This document shows, one piece after another, positions 53,950 through 63,424 of a stretch of 64,000 bases of DNA. Below the pieces are notes generated by a model that saw only the letters and a program-made list of their open reading frames with translations, was not told the DNA's origin and searched no databases. A program made the translations under genes and the position numbers. The DNA comes from an uncultured Rikenellaceae bacterium (lineage in GTDB: Bacteria; Bacteroidota; Bacteroidia; Bacteroidales; VadinHA17), in the NCBI GenBank assembly GCA_964410385.1, contig CAYPHL010000006.1, positions 4,026-68,025 on the forward strand, read 5' to 3'. How positions within the stretch are numbered: the first letter of the stretch is position 1; every line of letters starts with the position of its first letter.

Positions 53950-54397
53950 TATACCTGTCTATCTCACGGTCAGTATCCCTGCGTTTTATTGTTTCACGCT
54001 TGTCATACTCCTTTTTGCCCCTGGCAAGAGCAACTTCAGCTTTCGCCAGTCCTCTCTCATTCAGGAATACCTTTATTACGATTATTGTCAGTCCGGTTTC
54101 TTTTACCTTTCTGCCTATCTTATTAAGCTCTTTCCTGGTCAGAAGAAGCTTCCTTTCCCTCAATGGATCATGATTATTAAGGTTACCCCAGTAATATTCC
54201 GCGATATGCATGCCCTTTATGAACAATTCATTATCCCTGAAAATGCAATAAGAATCTGCCAGGGCGGCTTTCCCGAGCCTGATCGATTTGATCTCCGTCC
54301 CGGTAAGTTTTATCCCGGCAACGAATTTCTCCAGAAACTCGTAATCGTGGGAAGCCTTCTTGTTTCTGATTACTATATCTCCTGAGCCTCTTCTCAT
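53933..54397 (-). CDS. smpB: SsrA-binding protein SmpB
   Basis: NKKASHDYEFLEKFVAGIKLTGTEIKSIR... with a basic C-terminal tail. The internal Met (MRRGSGDIVIRNKKA) at 54397 gives the normal length of about 154 aa. The track start at 54481 would overlap miaA. Confidence 0.93.
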   Translation of the reverse strand: MRRGSGDIVIRNKKASHDYEFLEKFVAGIKLTGTEIKSIRLGKAALADSYCIFRDNELFIKGMHIAEYYWGNLNNHDPLRERKLLLTRKELNKIGRKVKETGLTIIVIKVFLNERGLAKAEVALARGKKEYDKRETIKRRDTDREIDRYIRNSG

Positions 54398-54471
54398 TTT
54401 TTGATCTGGTGCGAGGACCAAAATTAGTGTTTTTTTGATAACTTGGTTGAAACTAAAAAACTGTAGATACA

Positions 54472-55404
54472 ATGCATGCACCAGGTAAGCCGGAATATGA
54501 CATCCTCGTTATAACAGGACCTACTGCTTCCGGGAAGACTGCTCTTGCTGCTTCAGTTGCCGGCCGGCTTGGAGGTGAAATAATAAGTGCTGATTCACGG
54601 CAGGTTTACCGATCAATGGACATAGGCACGGGAAAGGACTATGATGATTATGTAGTGGATGGAAGAAGAATTCCCTGTCATCTTATAGATATTGCCGATC
54701 CCGGATATAAATATAATGTATTTGAGTATCAGCGTGATTTCCTGAAGGTCTATAATGATCTTAAGAAAAGAAATATTTTTCCTATTCTTTGCGGCGGATC
54801 AGGTATGTATATCGACAGTATTGTATCGGGATACAGGATGTATGAAGTGCCTCCGGATCCTGAGCTCAGGGCGCGGCTCGAAAAGAAGACATCGGATGAG
54901 CTGGCTGATATCCTTTCAACATACAAAAAGCTGCATAACAAGACAGATACAGACACCAAAAAGCGGGTGATAAGAGCTATAGAGATTGAAGAGTATAACC
55001 GGTCGGGTAACAGAGGGCAGACTTTACTGCCGGAATTAAAATACCTTATTGCAGGTGTAAGGCTGGAAAGAGATGTCAGAAGAATACGGATAAGCGAAAG
55101 GCTGGGAAAAAGATTTGATTCGGGGATGATTGATGAAGTGAAACATCTGATAGACAGTGGTATAAGTGAAGAGAACCTTATCTGGTACGGGCTTGAATAT
55201 AAATATATTACACTTTACCTGAAGGGGAAAATGGATTATAATACTATGTTCAGGGAACTTGAGATCGCCATCCACAGGTTTGCCAAGAGGCAGATGACCT
55301 GGTTCAGGGGTATGGAACGTAAGGGCATTCCAATTCACTGGATAGACGGGGAACTTCCAATGGATGAAAAGGTCAGGCTTGTCCTGAAGCTCATCGAAGT
55401 ATGA
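54472..55404 (+). CDS. miaA: tRNA dimethylallyltransferase
   Basis: 310 aa. P-loop ITGPTASGKTALA, SADSRQVYRSMDIGTGK, RQMTWFR. Confidence 0.93.
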   Translation: MHAPGKPEYDILVITGPTASGKTALAASVAGRLGGEIISADSRQVYRSMDIGTGKDYDDYVVDGRRIPCHLIDIADPGYKYNVFEYQRDFLKVYNDLKKRNIFPILCGGSGMYIDSIVSGYRMYEVPPDPELRARLEKKTSDELADILSTYKKLHNKTDTDTKKRVIRAIEIEEYNRSGNRGQTLLPELKYLIAGVRLERDVRRIRISERLGKRFDSGMIDEVKHLIDSGISEENLIWYGLEYKYITLYLKGKMDYNTMFRELEIAIHRFAKRQMTWFRGMERKGIPIHWIDGELPMDEKVRLVLKLIEV

Positions 55405-57471
55405 CTATCTCTGATTCAGATAAGTATCCAGCCACCCGAAGAACTCATTCTGCCATATTAATGCATTCTGGGGTTTCACAACCCAGTGTCCTTCATCTTC
55501 AAAAAAGAGCAGTTTTGTAGGGACATTATGTAGCCGTGCAGCTGTAAAAGCTTCCAGGCTCTGGGTATAGGGGATCCTGAAATCGAGTGCTCCGGATATT
55601 ATGAGTATCGGCGTATCCCAGTTGTCTGCCATAAGATGGGGAGAGAATCCATAGCTCTTAGGCATATCCCAGTACGGACCCTCAATATCCTTGTCGGGGT
55701 ACCAGAGTTCCTCCGTCGATCCGTAAAAGCTTGTAAGATTAAATACACCGCAATGGGCTATGAATGCTTTAAATAATCCCCCGTGCATTCCTGCAAGGAA
55801 GAACACGGATGATCCTCCATAGCTTGCACCTACGGCGGCGAGGCGCTGTTCATCAACAAACGGTTCTTTTGCCATGGCATTGGTGGCATCGAGATAATCC
55901 TGTATGTTCTTTCCTCCGTAATCGCCTGATATCTGTTCTTTCCAGGCCTGTCCGAAACCCGAACTGCCTCTTCTGTTCGGAGCAATAACAATATAACCTT
56001 TTGCAGCCATGAGCTGGTAATTCCAGCGGTATGACCAGCTCTGTCCCAGCGGACCCTGTGGCCCGCCCTTACAGAAGAGAAGCGCAGGATATTTTTTTGC
56101 AGGATCAAAATCGGGAGGATAAATTATCCACATCTGCATATCCTTGTTATCCTTTGTCTTTATATACCGTTCTTCGGTCTTACCCATCTTTACCGACTCA
56201 TAGATAGTCTTGTTTATAAAGCTTATCTGTTTTATACTTCCGCTTGCAGGATCTATTGCCGCCAGCTCGGAGGCCATCGACATTGACTGTATGCCGGAAA
56301 TAAGTACTCCCGATTTAAGCTTTATGGGACCGAGGTCGTGCACACCCTCAGTGACTTTCGTAACTCCGCTCCCGGAAAGATCAGTCCTGAAGACCTGGGC
56401 AGTCCCCAGATGAGCACATGTAAAATAAATTGTTGAATTATCAGCCCATGAAATATTTTCCGCATCAAAGTCCCATCCGCGTGTTACCCACGTGTTTTTC
56501 CGCTCTTTTATATCATAAACGAACAGGCGGTCGAGGTCTGATTCATAACCTTCACGCTCCATGCTCTGGTAGGCTATTTTAGAACCATCCGGAGAAAAGA
56601 CAGGATATTTGTCGAAACCATGATTCCTTTCAGTAATGTTCACTTCTTTTCCCGATGACAGGTCATATAGGAATATATCGGTATTTGTGCTCCTCGCATC
56701 CTCCATTCCCTTCATTCTCTTAGTGGTATAAGCTATAGATTTCCCGTCGGGGCTCCAGGCTATTTCGTTCTCATCAAAATACGGAGCAGTCGGGGATTCA
56801 TATTTCTGACCTTCCATAATATCCTTTTCACCTGATACTTTCGTGCCGTCGAAGGATGCAACAAATATATGACTGTATGAAAAATCGCTCCAGTAATTCC
56901 AGTGACGGTACATCAGGTCATCAATTATCCTGACTTTAGCTTTGGGAAGGTTGTACTTTTCGTTTGCAGTCTGATCAAGTTTGACTCTCCTTGTAAAAAG
57001 GATTTTATCTCCCACGGGAGATATACTGTAGCTTTCAAAGTTTTCGAGTCCCCGGACTTCCTGTTTTTCCGATCCGTCAGCCTTCATGGTCATCAGTTTC
57101 CCGGCGCTGACAAATGCAACAGACTGGCCGTTGCTGATCCACTGGGGTGAAATTCCTCCCCCGGTTGTCAGCTGCACAGGATCGCCTCCGGCCGACGGGA
57201 TCCTGAAGATATTTGTTCTTCTTGCTTCAGTTTCAGCATTTATCTCTGTTACGGTGTAAACGACCGATGAACCATCGGGAGAAAGGTCGAATGATCCCAG
57301 TCTTCCGAATTTCCAGAGGATTTCGGGCGTCATTACTCCTCCCGCCTTCTCCTGTGATGTAAGTTCATTACTGAACTGAGGCACCGACGTGTCATTTACG
57401 GCAGTATTCTTCCTGCAGGATACTGAGCAAAGTAATACCACAAGAATTACCGGTAAGAGATATCTTTTCAT
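55405..57471 (-). CDS. S9 family serine peptidase (prolyl oligopeptidase / acylaminoacyl peptidase type) with an N-terminal beta-propeller
   Basis: 688 aa. Signal/lipoprotein-like N-terminus, PD40-like repeats, nucleophile elbow GASYGG, C-terminal alpha/beta-hydrolase with D and H (EDEGHW). Confidence 0.85.
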   Translation of the reverse strand: MKRYLLPVILVVLLCSVSCRKNTAVNDTSVPQFSNELTSQEKAGGVMTPEILWKFGRLGSFDLSPDGSSVVYTVTEINAETEARRTNIFRIPSAGGDPVQLTTGGGISPQWISNGQSVAFVSAGKLMTMKADGSEKQEVRGLENFESYSISPVGDKILFTRRVKLDQTANEKYNLPKAKVRIIDDLMYRHWNYWSDFSYSHIFVASFDGTKVSGEKDIMEGQKYESPTAPYFDENEIAWSPDGKSIAYTTKRMKGMEDARSTNTDIFLYDLSSGKEVNITERNHGFDKYPVFSPDGSKIAYQSMEREGYESDLDRLFVYDIKERKNTWVTRGWDFDAENISWADNSTIYFTCAHLGTAQVFRTDLSGSGVTKVTEGVHDLGPIKLKSGVLISGIQSMSMASELAAIDPASGSIKQISFINKTIYESVKMGKTEERYIKTKDNKDMQMWIIYPPDFDPAKKYPALLFCKGGPQGPLGQSWSYRWNYQLMAAKGYIVIAPNRRGSSGFGQAWKEQISGDYGGKNIQDYLDATNAMAKEPFVDEQRLAAVGASYGGSSVFFLAGMHGGLFKAFIAHCGVFNLTSFYGSTEELWYPDKDIEGPYWDMPKSYGFSPHLMADNWDTPILIISGALDFRIPYTQSLEAFTAARLHNVPTKLLFFEDEGHWVVKPQNALIWQNEFFGWLDTYLNQR

Positions 57472-57489
57472 GGGATATGCTTTTATGAA

Positions 57490-58500
57490 TTATTGATTTT
57501 TAAGAGCTTCTGCAACTTTATTTTTCAGTTCGTCATATAATTCCGGATTATCTTTCAGTATCTGCTTAACGGCATCTCTGCCCTGACCGATCTTGGTCTC
57601 GTTGTAGCTGAACCATGATCCGCTTTTCTTGATTATATTAAAATCAGTACCGAGATCTACTATCTCTCCGAGTTGGGAAATTCCTTCTCCGTACAATATA
57701 TCGAAATCGGCTTTTTTAAAGGGTGGGGCGAGCTTGTTCTTTACGATCTTGACCCTTGTACGGTTACCGATGATCTCTTCACCTTCCTTCAGCTGGTTTG
57801 ACTTACGGATGTCAAGCCTTACCGAGGCATAGAATTTCAGGGCGTTTCCTCCTGTTGTTGTCTCCGGGTTCCCGAACATGACCCCGATCTTCTCCCTGAG
57901 CTGGTTGATAAAAACGCATGATGTATTTGTTTTACTGATATTTGCAGTCAGTTTCCTGAGGGCCTGTGACATAAGCCTGGCCTGGAGTCCCATTTTTGAA
58001 TCGCCCATCTCGCCTTCTATCTCAGCTTTCGGTGTCAGTGCGGCGACAGAGTCGATGACAATTATATCGAGAGCTCCGGACCGGATCAGGTTATCGGCAA
58101 TCTCGAGAGCCTGTTCCCCATTATCGGGTTGTGAAATAAGAAGGTTTTCAACATCAACTCCAAGTTTCGCTGCATAGTTCCTGTCGAATGTATGCTCTGC
58201 ATCTATGATAGCAGCGATACCTCCGTTCTTCTGTGCTTCTGCAATAGCATGTATGGCCAGAGTTGTTTTTCCTGAAGCTTCAGGACCATAGATCTCAATA
58301 ACACGTCCGCGTGGCAATCCCCCAATTCCCAGGGCAGCATCGAGACCTATCGAACCGGTTGAAATAACCTGGACATCCTCAATAGCACGGTCGCCCAGTT
58401 TCATTATAGTTCCCTTACCATAATCCTTTTCAATCTTACCGATTGTTATTTCAAGGGCTTTCAGCTTTTCCTTGTCGATCTCTTTCTTGTCTTTACTCAT
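57490..58500 (-). CDS. recA: Recombinase RecA
   Basis: 336 aa. [14 protein letters not shown] Walker [47 protein letters not shown]. Confidence 0.98.
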   Translation of the reverse strand: MSKDKKEIDKEKLKALEITIGKIEKDYGKGTIMKLGDRAIEDVQVISTGSIGLDAALGIGGLPRGRVIEIYGPEASGKTTLAIHAIAEAQKNGGIAAIIDAEHTFDRNYAAKLGVDVENLLISQPDNGEQALEIADNLIRSGALDIIVIDSVAALTPKAEIEGEMGDSKMGLQARLMSQALRKLTANISKTNTSCVFINQLREKIGVMFGNPETTTGGNALKFYASVRLDIRKSNQLKEGEEIIGNRTRVKIVKNKLAPPFKKADFDILYGEGISQLGEIVDLGTDFNIIKKSGSWFSYNETKIGQGRDAVKQILKDNPELYDELKNKVAEALKNQ

Positions 58501-58514
58501 ATTGATTTATTATA

Positions 58515-58976
58515 TTATTTATACATTTCGAAAATCTGTTCAGAGTGTGCTTTTGTATTTACTTTTTTAATTATTTGCTCAATAATACCTTTTTCATCTA
58601 TTACAAAGGTAGTCCTTGCTATTCCTAAAAATGTCCTCCCATAAAGGCTCTTTTGTGTCCATACTCCGTAGTCCTCCAGTATCTTTCTGCCGGTATCGGC
58701 AATTATCGGGAACGGGAGGGAATATTTATCTGAGAATTTCTTATGTGATTTTTCACTGTCGCCGCTTACCCCGACTACAGCAAAGCCTTTTTCAAGAAAC
58801 ATCTTATAGTTATCCCTCAGATCGCATGCTTCTGCAGTACATCCCGGGGTATCATCCTTGGGGTAGAAATACAGGACAAGCTTTTTCCCTGCGAAATCTC
58901 CCGACTTTACTATATTTCCGTTCTGGTCAATACCTTCGAATGAAGGTGCCTTCATACCCTCTTTTAGTGATTCCAT
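58515..58976 (-). CDS. bcp: Thioredoxin-dependent thiol peroxidase (Bcp-type peroxiredoxin)
   Basis: 153 aa. Peroxidatic Cys motif YFYPKDDTPGCTAEAC. Lies upstream of recA, as in other Bacteroidota. Confidence 0.9.
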   Translation of the reverse strand: MESLKEGMKAPSFEGIDQNGNIVKSGDFAGKKLVLYFYPKDDTPGCTAEACDLRDNYKMFLEKGFAVVGVSGDSEKSHKKFSDKYSLPFPIIADTGRKILEDYGVWTQKSLYGRTFLGIARTTFVIDEKGIIEQIIKKVNTKAHSEQIFEMYK

Positions 58977-59137
58977 CGTTTAAGTGATTTTGTTATTATG
59001 GGTAAATTTACAAAGATTTTTGACACTCGAAATTTATTTTAACCGAACTTCATATTTAAGTCGGCTGGTTGAAATCAAAATTGATCAGGATTTAAACACT
59101 GCCTCTTAAGGAATTTTCATGAAACCTATTTTGTGGT

Positions 59138-59145
59138 TATCTTTG
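59138..59145 (+). promoter_or_regulatory. Candidate -7 box (TAnnTTTG) for the SPOR-domain protein gene
   Basis: TATCTTTG, 56 nt upstream of the TTG start at 59202. Confidence 0.35.
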
Positions 59146-59201
59146 CTGTTAATTAAGGGCATGGAAGAATGACTGTTTATTTATAAATAAGTTGTAAGGC
59201 A

Positions 59202-60743
59202 TTGAGATACACAGTTAAATACATATTATTAATTATTAAATACAGGATCCGGCAACTGGCATTGTGCCTTCTTATACTGTTTGGGACTATGGTTTTTCCT
59301 CTGGAAGCTCAGCAGAAAGCAACCCGGCAATCGGCTCTTGATGCATTTAACAAAGGTAAATTTGATCTGGCTTATAATCATTTTACCGAACTGCTCGTAA
59401 CTTATCCGAAGGACCCTGTTTACAGGTATTATTCCGGTGTTTGCCTTGTAAAGATGCAGAAGGATCCTGAGGAAGCGACGGATATGCTCCTTCAGGCACG
59501 AAGAGACGGAGCAGTGGTAAGATCAGTTCCCCAGGATGCCCTGTTCTGGCTGGGAAGGGCACAACAGATGGCAGGAAGATTCACTGATGCTATTGCTTCA
59601 TATGAAGAGTACACCGACCTGGCAGGCAGGAAAACCGCACGGGAAACAGGAACTCCCGAATTCATTCAACAGTGCCGGGAGCAGAGAGGCCGGTTGACAG
59701 TGGCTGATATTTTAAGGGCCGGGACTGAGGGTGAGGCTAAGGTTGAGGCTGAGAATAAAGATGAGGTTAAGGCTGAGGTTAAGGTTAAAGCTGAGGTTAA
59801 GGCTAAGGAAAAGGTTGAGGTTGAGGTTGAGGGAAGGGCTGAGGCAGATATACCTGTGTACAGGCCTTCAGGACCTGAAAAAATGAGCAGGAAAACTGAC
59901 AGTCTGGCTGCAGTTACAGTTACTGATACAGTGAAAGCAGAAAAAGCTCAGACAGTAAAAAAGACTGAAGAAGAACAGGATACAACTTTTAAAGCGGTCA
60001 TTGATGAACATGTTGCCGAAGCAGTAAAACAACCTGTATCTGCCGGAGTGCTAAGTCTGTTCAGCATTGATCCCGAAGTGATATATGACCGTGAGGCAAA
60101 GATCCGTATCAATCCGAAGCATCCTGCAGGATTGATATACCGTATCCAGCTGGCTGCCTTCAGGAATCAGGTGGCTCTCTCATATTTTAAGGGAATTGCT
60201 CCGGTTTACGGGATAAGAAACGCCTCCACCGGTGTAACAACTTATTACGCCGGGATGTTCAGGAAGGCAGATGATGCAAGGAAAGCTCTTCCCAGGGTCA
60301 GACAAACAGGATTCAGGGATGCCTTCCTTGTTGCATTCTCAGGCGGAAGGGCTGTCTCGCTCGAGAGGGCTGCCGTACTTGAAAAGGAATGGGGAGTAAT
60401 TCCTTTCACCCCCGATGAACAGGCTTTCAGGGAGAGCCCGGCAGATACAATCCCTCCTACATTATCATTCAGGGTCGAGGTCGTCCGGACGGCTAAGCCT
60501 GTAAGTGAACAGGATTATGAAGATATGAAGAAGCTTTCCGGGACCAGAGGTCTGGATATCGAAACACTTCCCGACGGGAGTATAGTTTATCTGATCGGGA
60601 AGTTCATCACTTTCGTAAGCGCGGAGGATTATGCCGATCTGCTTGTAAGGAACGGTTACCGCGATGCAAAGGTGGTCGCCTGGCTCGGCAAGAAGGAGAT
60701 CCCTGTCGAAACGGCTAAACAGCTTTTTGAAAGCCTTAAATGA
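59202..60743 (+). CDS. Secreted TPR-like / SPOR-domain protein with an internal Lys/Ala/Glu/Val tandem repeat
   Basis: 513 aa, TTG start per the track. Signal peptide, TPR-like helices, repeat EAKVEAENKDEVKAEVKVKAEVKAKEKVEVEVEG, then two SPOR-like modules (YRIQLAAFRNQ...FRDAFLVAF and FRVEVVRTAK...YRDAKVVAW). Confidence 0.6.
   Translation: MRYTVKYILLIIKYRIRQLALCLLILFGTMVFPLEAQQKATRQSALDAFNKGKFDLAYNHFTELLVTYPKDPVYRYYSGVCLVKMQKDPEEATDMLLQARRDGAVVRSVPQDALFWLGRAQQMAGRFTDAIASYEEYTDLAGRKTARETGTPEFIQQCREQRGRLTVADILRAGTEGEAKVEAENKDEVKAEVKVKAEVKAKEKVEVEVEGRAEADIPVYRPSGPEKMSRKTDSLAAVTVTDTVKAEKAQTVKKTEEEQDTTFKAVIDEHVAEAVKQPVSAGVLSLFSIDPEVIYDREAKIRINPKHPAGLIYRIQLAAFRNQVALSYFKGIAPVYGIRNASTGVTTYYAGMFRKADDARKALPRVRQTGFRDAFLVAFSGGRAVSLERAAVLEKEWGVIPFTPDEQAFRESPADTIPPTLSFRVEVVRTAKPVSEQDYEDMKKLSGTRGLDIETLPDGSIVYLIGKFITFVSAEDYADLLVRNGYRDAKVVAWLGKKEIPVETAKQLFESLK
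59727..59846 (+). repeat. In-frame degenerate tandem repeat (GAGGTT/AAGGCT hexamer-type units) inside the SPOR-protein gene
   Basis: gaggctaaggttgaggctgag...gaggttaaggctgaggttaaggttaaagctgaggttaaggctaaggaaaaggttgaggttgaggttgaggga, encoding (K/E)(A/V)-rich repeats. Confidence 0.8.
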
Positions 60744-60744
60744 T

Positions 60745-62019
60745 CTATTTTATATAGAAACCGATCATTTCCCTTACAGCTTTCCGGCAAACAGCACACA
60801 GACCTCCGGGTGTGTTGCTTTTCATCGTACATTCCATCTGCGGCCTCCAGATGCCTTTTGCCGAATAGCCTCCGCCTTCAAACAGACCGACGACACCTTT
60901 GTATTTTTCTTCTGCCGGTGTGGGTACGGGAACGGCCCTGTCTATCATTTTCTTCCACTTCGAATCAAAGTTCACCTGTGTCGTAATGTTAGGCTCCCAT
61001 GGTTCAATATCAAGGGGGTAGAACTCCTCGTATGCAACCGTTGAGGAATAGTATTCATCTGCAAGTCCTGCAAAACCATGGCCAAGTTCATGAACGAAAA
61101 CATGTGCAGACAGAGGATGATCGGTTGTGGTACAACTGTAGTAGTTATAAACGCCTCCTCCTCCATATCTGGGACTGTTTATAAGTACGACTATATTGTC
61201 GTGGGGAACAACTGCCGCGTAGTCATTGACCGTTTTGATATCCTGTGTGGTCAGGTAACGGTCAAGGTCGAATGTGTAAAAGCTCGAATTCATGATAGTT
61301 GAAACATATACATCTTCACCGGGGACATCGGTACCTGATTCTGCCGATACTGCTTCGACAGCCCATATATTGAATTTGTCCCTGAATTCGCTGAATGGAG
61401 CTTCTTTCAGCAGTATATTTGTCACTCTCTTCACATCCTCCCTGAATTTAGCCATTTCATCAGCCCTGTAACCTTCAGCAATAAATACCAGATCGACATT
61501 CACCGCCGGATCTCCCGAATAAATGATTTTCGTTACACCCACTTCCACAGGCTTTTCCTTCCTGATGAAGTAATCTTCAGGATCAATATCGGTTTCATAA
61601 AGCTTTTCAAATGATCCGTCCCGGATTCTCTGGCTCAGAACAAATCTTACCTTATATTTCGGGAAGGGCATCGTTGCCACTTCGGGGAAGCTTCTTTCAA
61701 TAATTTTCGCTTCAGCCGTTGTCTGCCATTCCTGGTAGAGTGTACTGAATCCACGTGAGTATAAAAGTCTGGTTCCCGTGGAATCGAAAACCTCATATTT
61801 AAAATTTCCGTAATTGAAAGGGTCGATAAGGTTTGTTCTGGATCCGCCGTAGAATGGTTCTTCTTTCATCCCAACAGGATAAACAGTAGTTTTTTTATTA
61901 TTCCCGGCAAGCATATAATCAAAACGGAGCACTTTCCCGGTAAAATATTTATCAAAACTGCCCTGCCCTGCAGCAAATACTGGTAAAACGGCCAGCAGAA
62001 ATATGGTTATATGTCTCAT
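60745..62019 (-). CDS. M64 family (IgA-peptidase-like) zinc metallopeptidase
   Basis: HELGHGFAGLADEY zinc motif. Signal peptide MRHITIFLLAVLPVFAAGQ (internal start at 62019 preferred over 62040). Confidence 0.8.
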   Translation of the reverse strand: MRHITIFLLAVLPVFAAGQGSFDKYFTGKVLRFDYMLAGNNKKTTVYPVGMKEEPFYGGSRTNLIDPFNYGNFKYEVFDSTGTRLLYSRGFSTLYQEWQTTAEAKIIERSFPEVATMPFPKYKVRFVLSQRIRDGSFEKLYETDIDPEDYFIRKEKPVEVGVTKIIYSGDPAVNVDLVFIAEGYRADEMAKFREDVKRVTNILLKEAPFSEFRDKFNIWAVEAVSAESGTDVPGEDVYVSTIMNSSFYTFDLDRYLTTQDIKTVNDYAAVVPHDNIVVLINSPRYGGGGVYNYYSCTTTDHPLSAHVFVHELGHGFAGLADEYYSSTVAYEEFYPLDIEPWEPNITTQVNFDSKWKKMIDRAVPVPTPAEEKYKGVVGLFEGGGYSAKGIWRPQMECTMKSNTPGGLCAVCRKAVREMIGFYIK

Positions 62020-62106
62020 TATGTGACTGATTTTAATCAAAAAAGCAAAGCTAAGATATTAGATGATTCGCACGTTAATAATTTGTCTAAATTTGCCGGA
62101 TAAAAT

Positions 62107-62189
62107 TTAACGGTTCCGGGTTCCGGGTTAAGAGTCCAGGGTTCTGGGTTCATGGTGAATCCCACCAGGGCGGAACACGGAACACGGAA
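62107..62189. repeat. Heptamer-tandem intergenic element (GGTTCCG x2.5 ... CGGAACA x2.5)
   Basis: ttaacggttccgggttccgggttaag (62107-62132), agtccagggttctgggtt (62132-62150) and cggaacacggaacacggaa (62171-62189). The last is an imperfect reverse complement of the first. Confidence 0.7.
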
Positions 62190-62206
62190 TGAAGTAACTA
62201 AAGACT

Positions 62207-63424
62207 ATGGCAGATTTAAATACACGTATAAGTGATTTTCTGTGGAAGGATCTTTATGAGAAGCAAAACACTCCCAGAAAGGATCCGTTCTGGGAAGCGC
62301 TGCGCAGCACCGGTACAGAACTCTGGCTTGATACAGGCGATATGGAGGAAGCGGAAGCGAACTGGTCGGCTGAAATGAGTGCTCTTACTACAAACAACAC
62401 TCTTCTCAACAACGAGATCCAGAAAGGTATTTATGATGTTTTCATTTCCGAGGCAAAGCATCTTGTGAGTCATCTTCCGATAAATGAAAGGGTGAAGGAG
62501 ATCGCTTTCATACTGAATGCCCGTCACGGACTAAGGCTGGCTACAAAATTCAGGGGAATGGTAAGCATTGAGCTTCATACAGATACTGCCCATGATATAA
62601 AGGCAATAGAATATTACGGGAAGAGATACCATGAACTTTGTCCTGATCAGTTCATAATTAAGGTACCCTATACAGCAGAAGGTCTTCTTGGAGCCAGAAA
62701 GCTTAAAGAAGCAGGTGTAAGAATAAATTTCACACTGGATTTCAGTGCCCGTCAGAATGTACTTGTCACCGCTGTAGCCCGTCCGGATTATACAAATGTT
62801 TTTCTTGGCAGGATAGGGGCATTCATGTCGGACAATAAGCTGGGTGACGGAAGCGGAGCAGGGGAAATGGCAGTTATCGCATCACAGAACTGGGTATCAG
62901 GTTTCTCGGGTAAAAATCCCTGGCAGACAAAGCTCATTGCAGCCAGTCTTAGAAATTATAATCAGATCGAACTGCTTGCAGGTGCAGATGTGTTTACTAT
63001 GCCTCCCAGGGTTGCATCTGCCGGAAGAAAATCCCTGAGCGGAAAATTCACCTCACGTATGCACGAGAATTATGAGGTTAGTATGTTTTCCTCTGCTGAA
63101 GGTGCACATATAGAAAAATTCTGGACAGTTGATGACCGGGTCCTTACCCTGGCCGACAGACTTTCTGCCAAAATTCCTGCAACAGGTTCGGAACTTATTC
63201 ATATTGCCCAGGAGGAGGGATGTACGGATATGTTCCCGTCACTTTCGAGGGAAGAAAGATCATTTATAGCCTCCGACGGTAAGATCCCGGTATATTCAAG
63301 GTGGGAAAAAAGAATAAAAGAAGGAACTATTGCTCCGGATACACTTCTGAACCTGGCCGGACTTGCATCATTTACAGTTGATCAGAAAATGCTCGACGAC
63401 AGGATAATGAGCATCATTTCCTGA
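62207..63424 (+). CDS. Transaldolase-family protein (long form)
   Basis: 405 aa. ELWLDTGD...ALTTNNTLL resembles the transaldolase/FSA N-terminal LDT-D...TTNPS pattern. IKVPYTAEGLLGARKLKEAGVRINFTLDFS resembles the Schiff-base lysine strand. Confidence 0.7.
   Translation: MADLNTRISDFLWKDLYEKQNTPRKDPFWEALRSTGTELWLDTGDMEEAEANWSAEMSALTTNNTLLNNEIQKGIYDVFISEAKHLVSHLPINERVKEIAFILNARHGLRLATKFRGMVSIELHTDTAHDIKAIEYYGKRYHELCPDQFIIKVPYTAEGLLGARKLKEAGVRINFTLDFSARQNVLVTAVARPDYTNVFLGRIGAFMSDNKLGDGSGAGEMAVIASQNWVSGFSGKNPWQTKLIAASLRNYNQIELLAGADVFTMPPRVASAGRKSLSGKFTSRMHENYEVSMFSSAEGAHIEKFWTVDDRVLTLADRLSAKIPATGSELIHIAQEEGCTDMFPSLSREERSFIASDGKIPVYSRWEKRIKEGTIAPDTLLNLAGLASFTVDQKMLDDRIMSIIS

Noticed and set aside
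53427-54385. ORFs 53427..53909 (-) and 53825..54385 (+), antisense to the LOG-family gene and smpB
   Set aside because: Each lies opposite a gene with complete family signatures (PGGFGTFDELFE; the SmpB N-terminal motif). Neither has a recognisable motif of its own.
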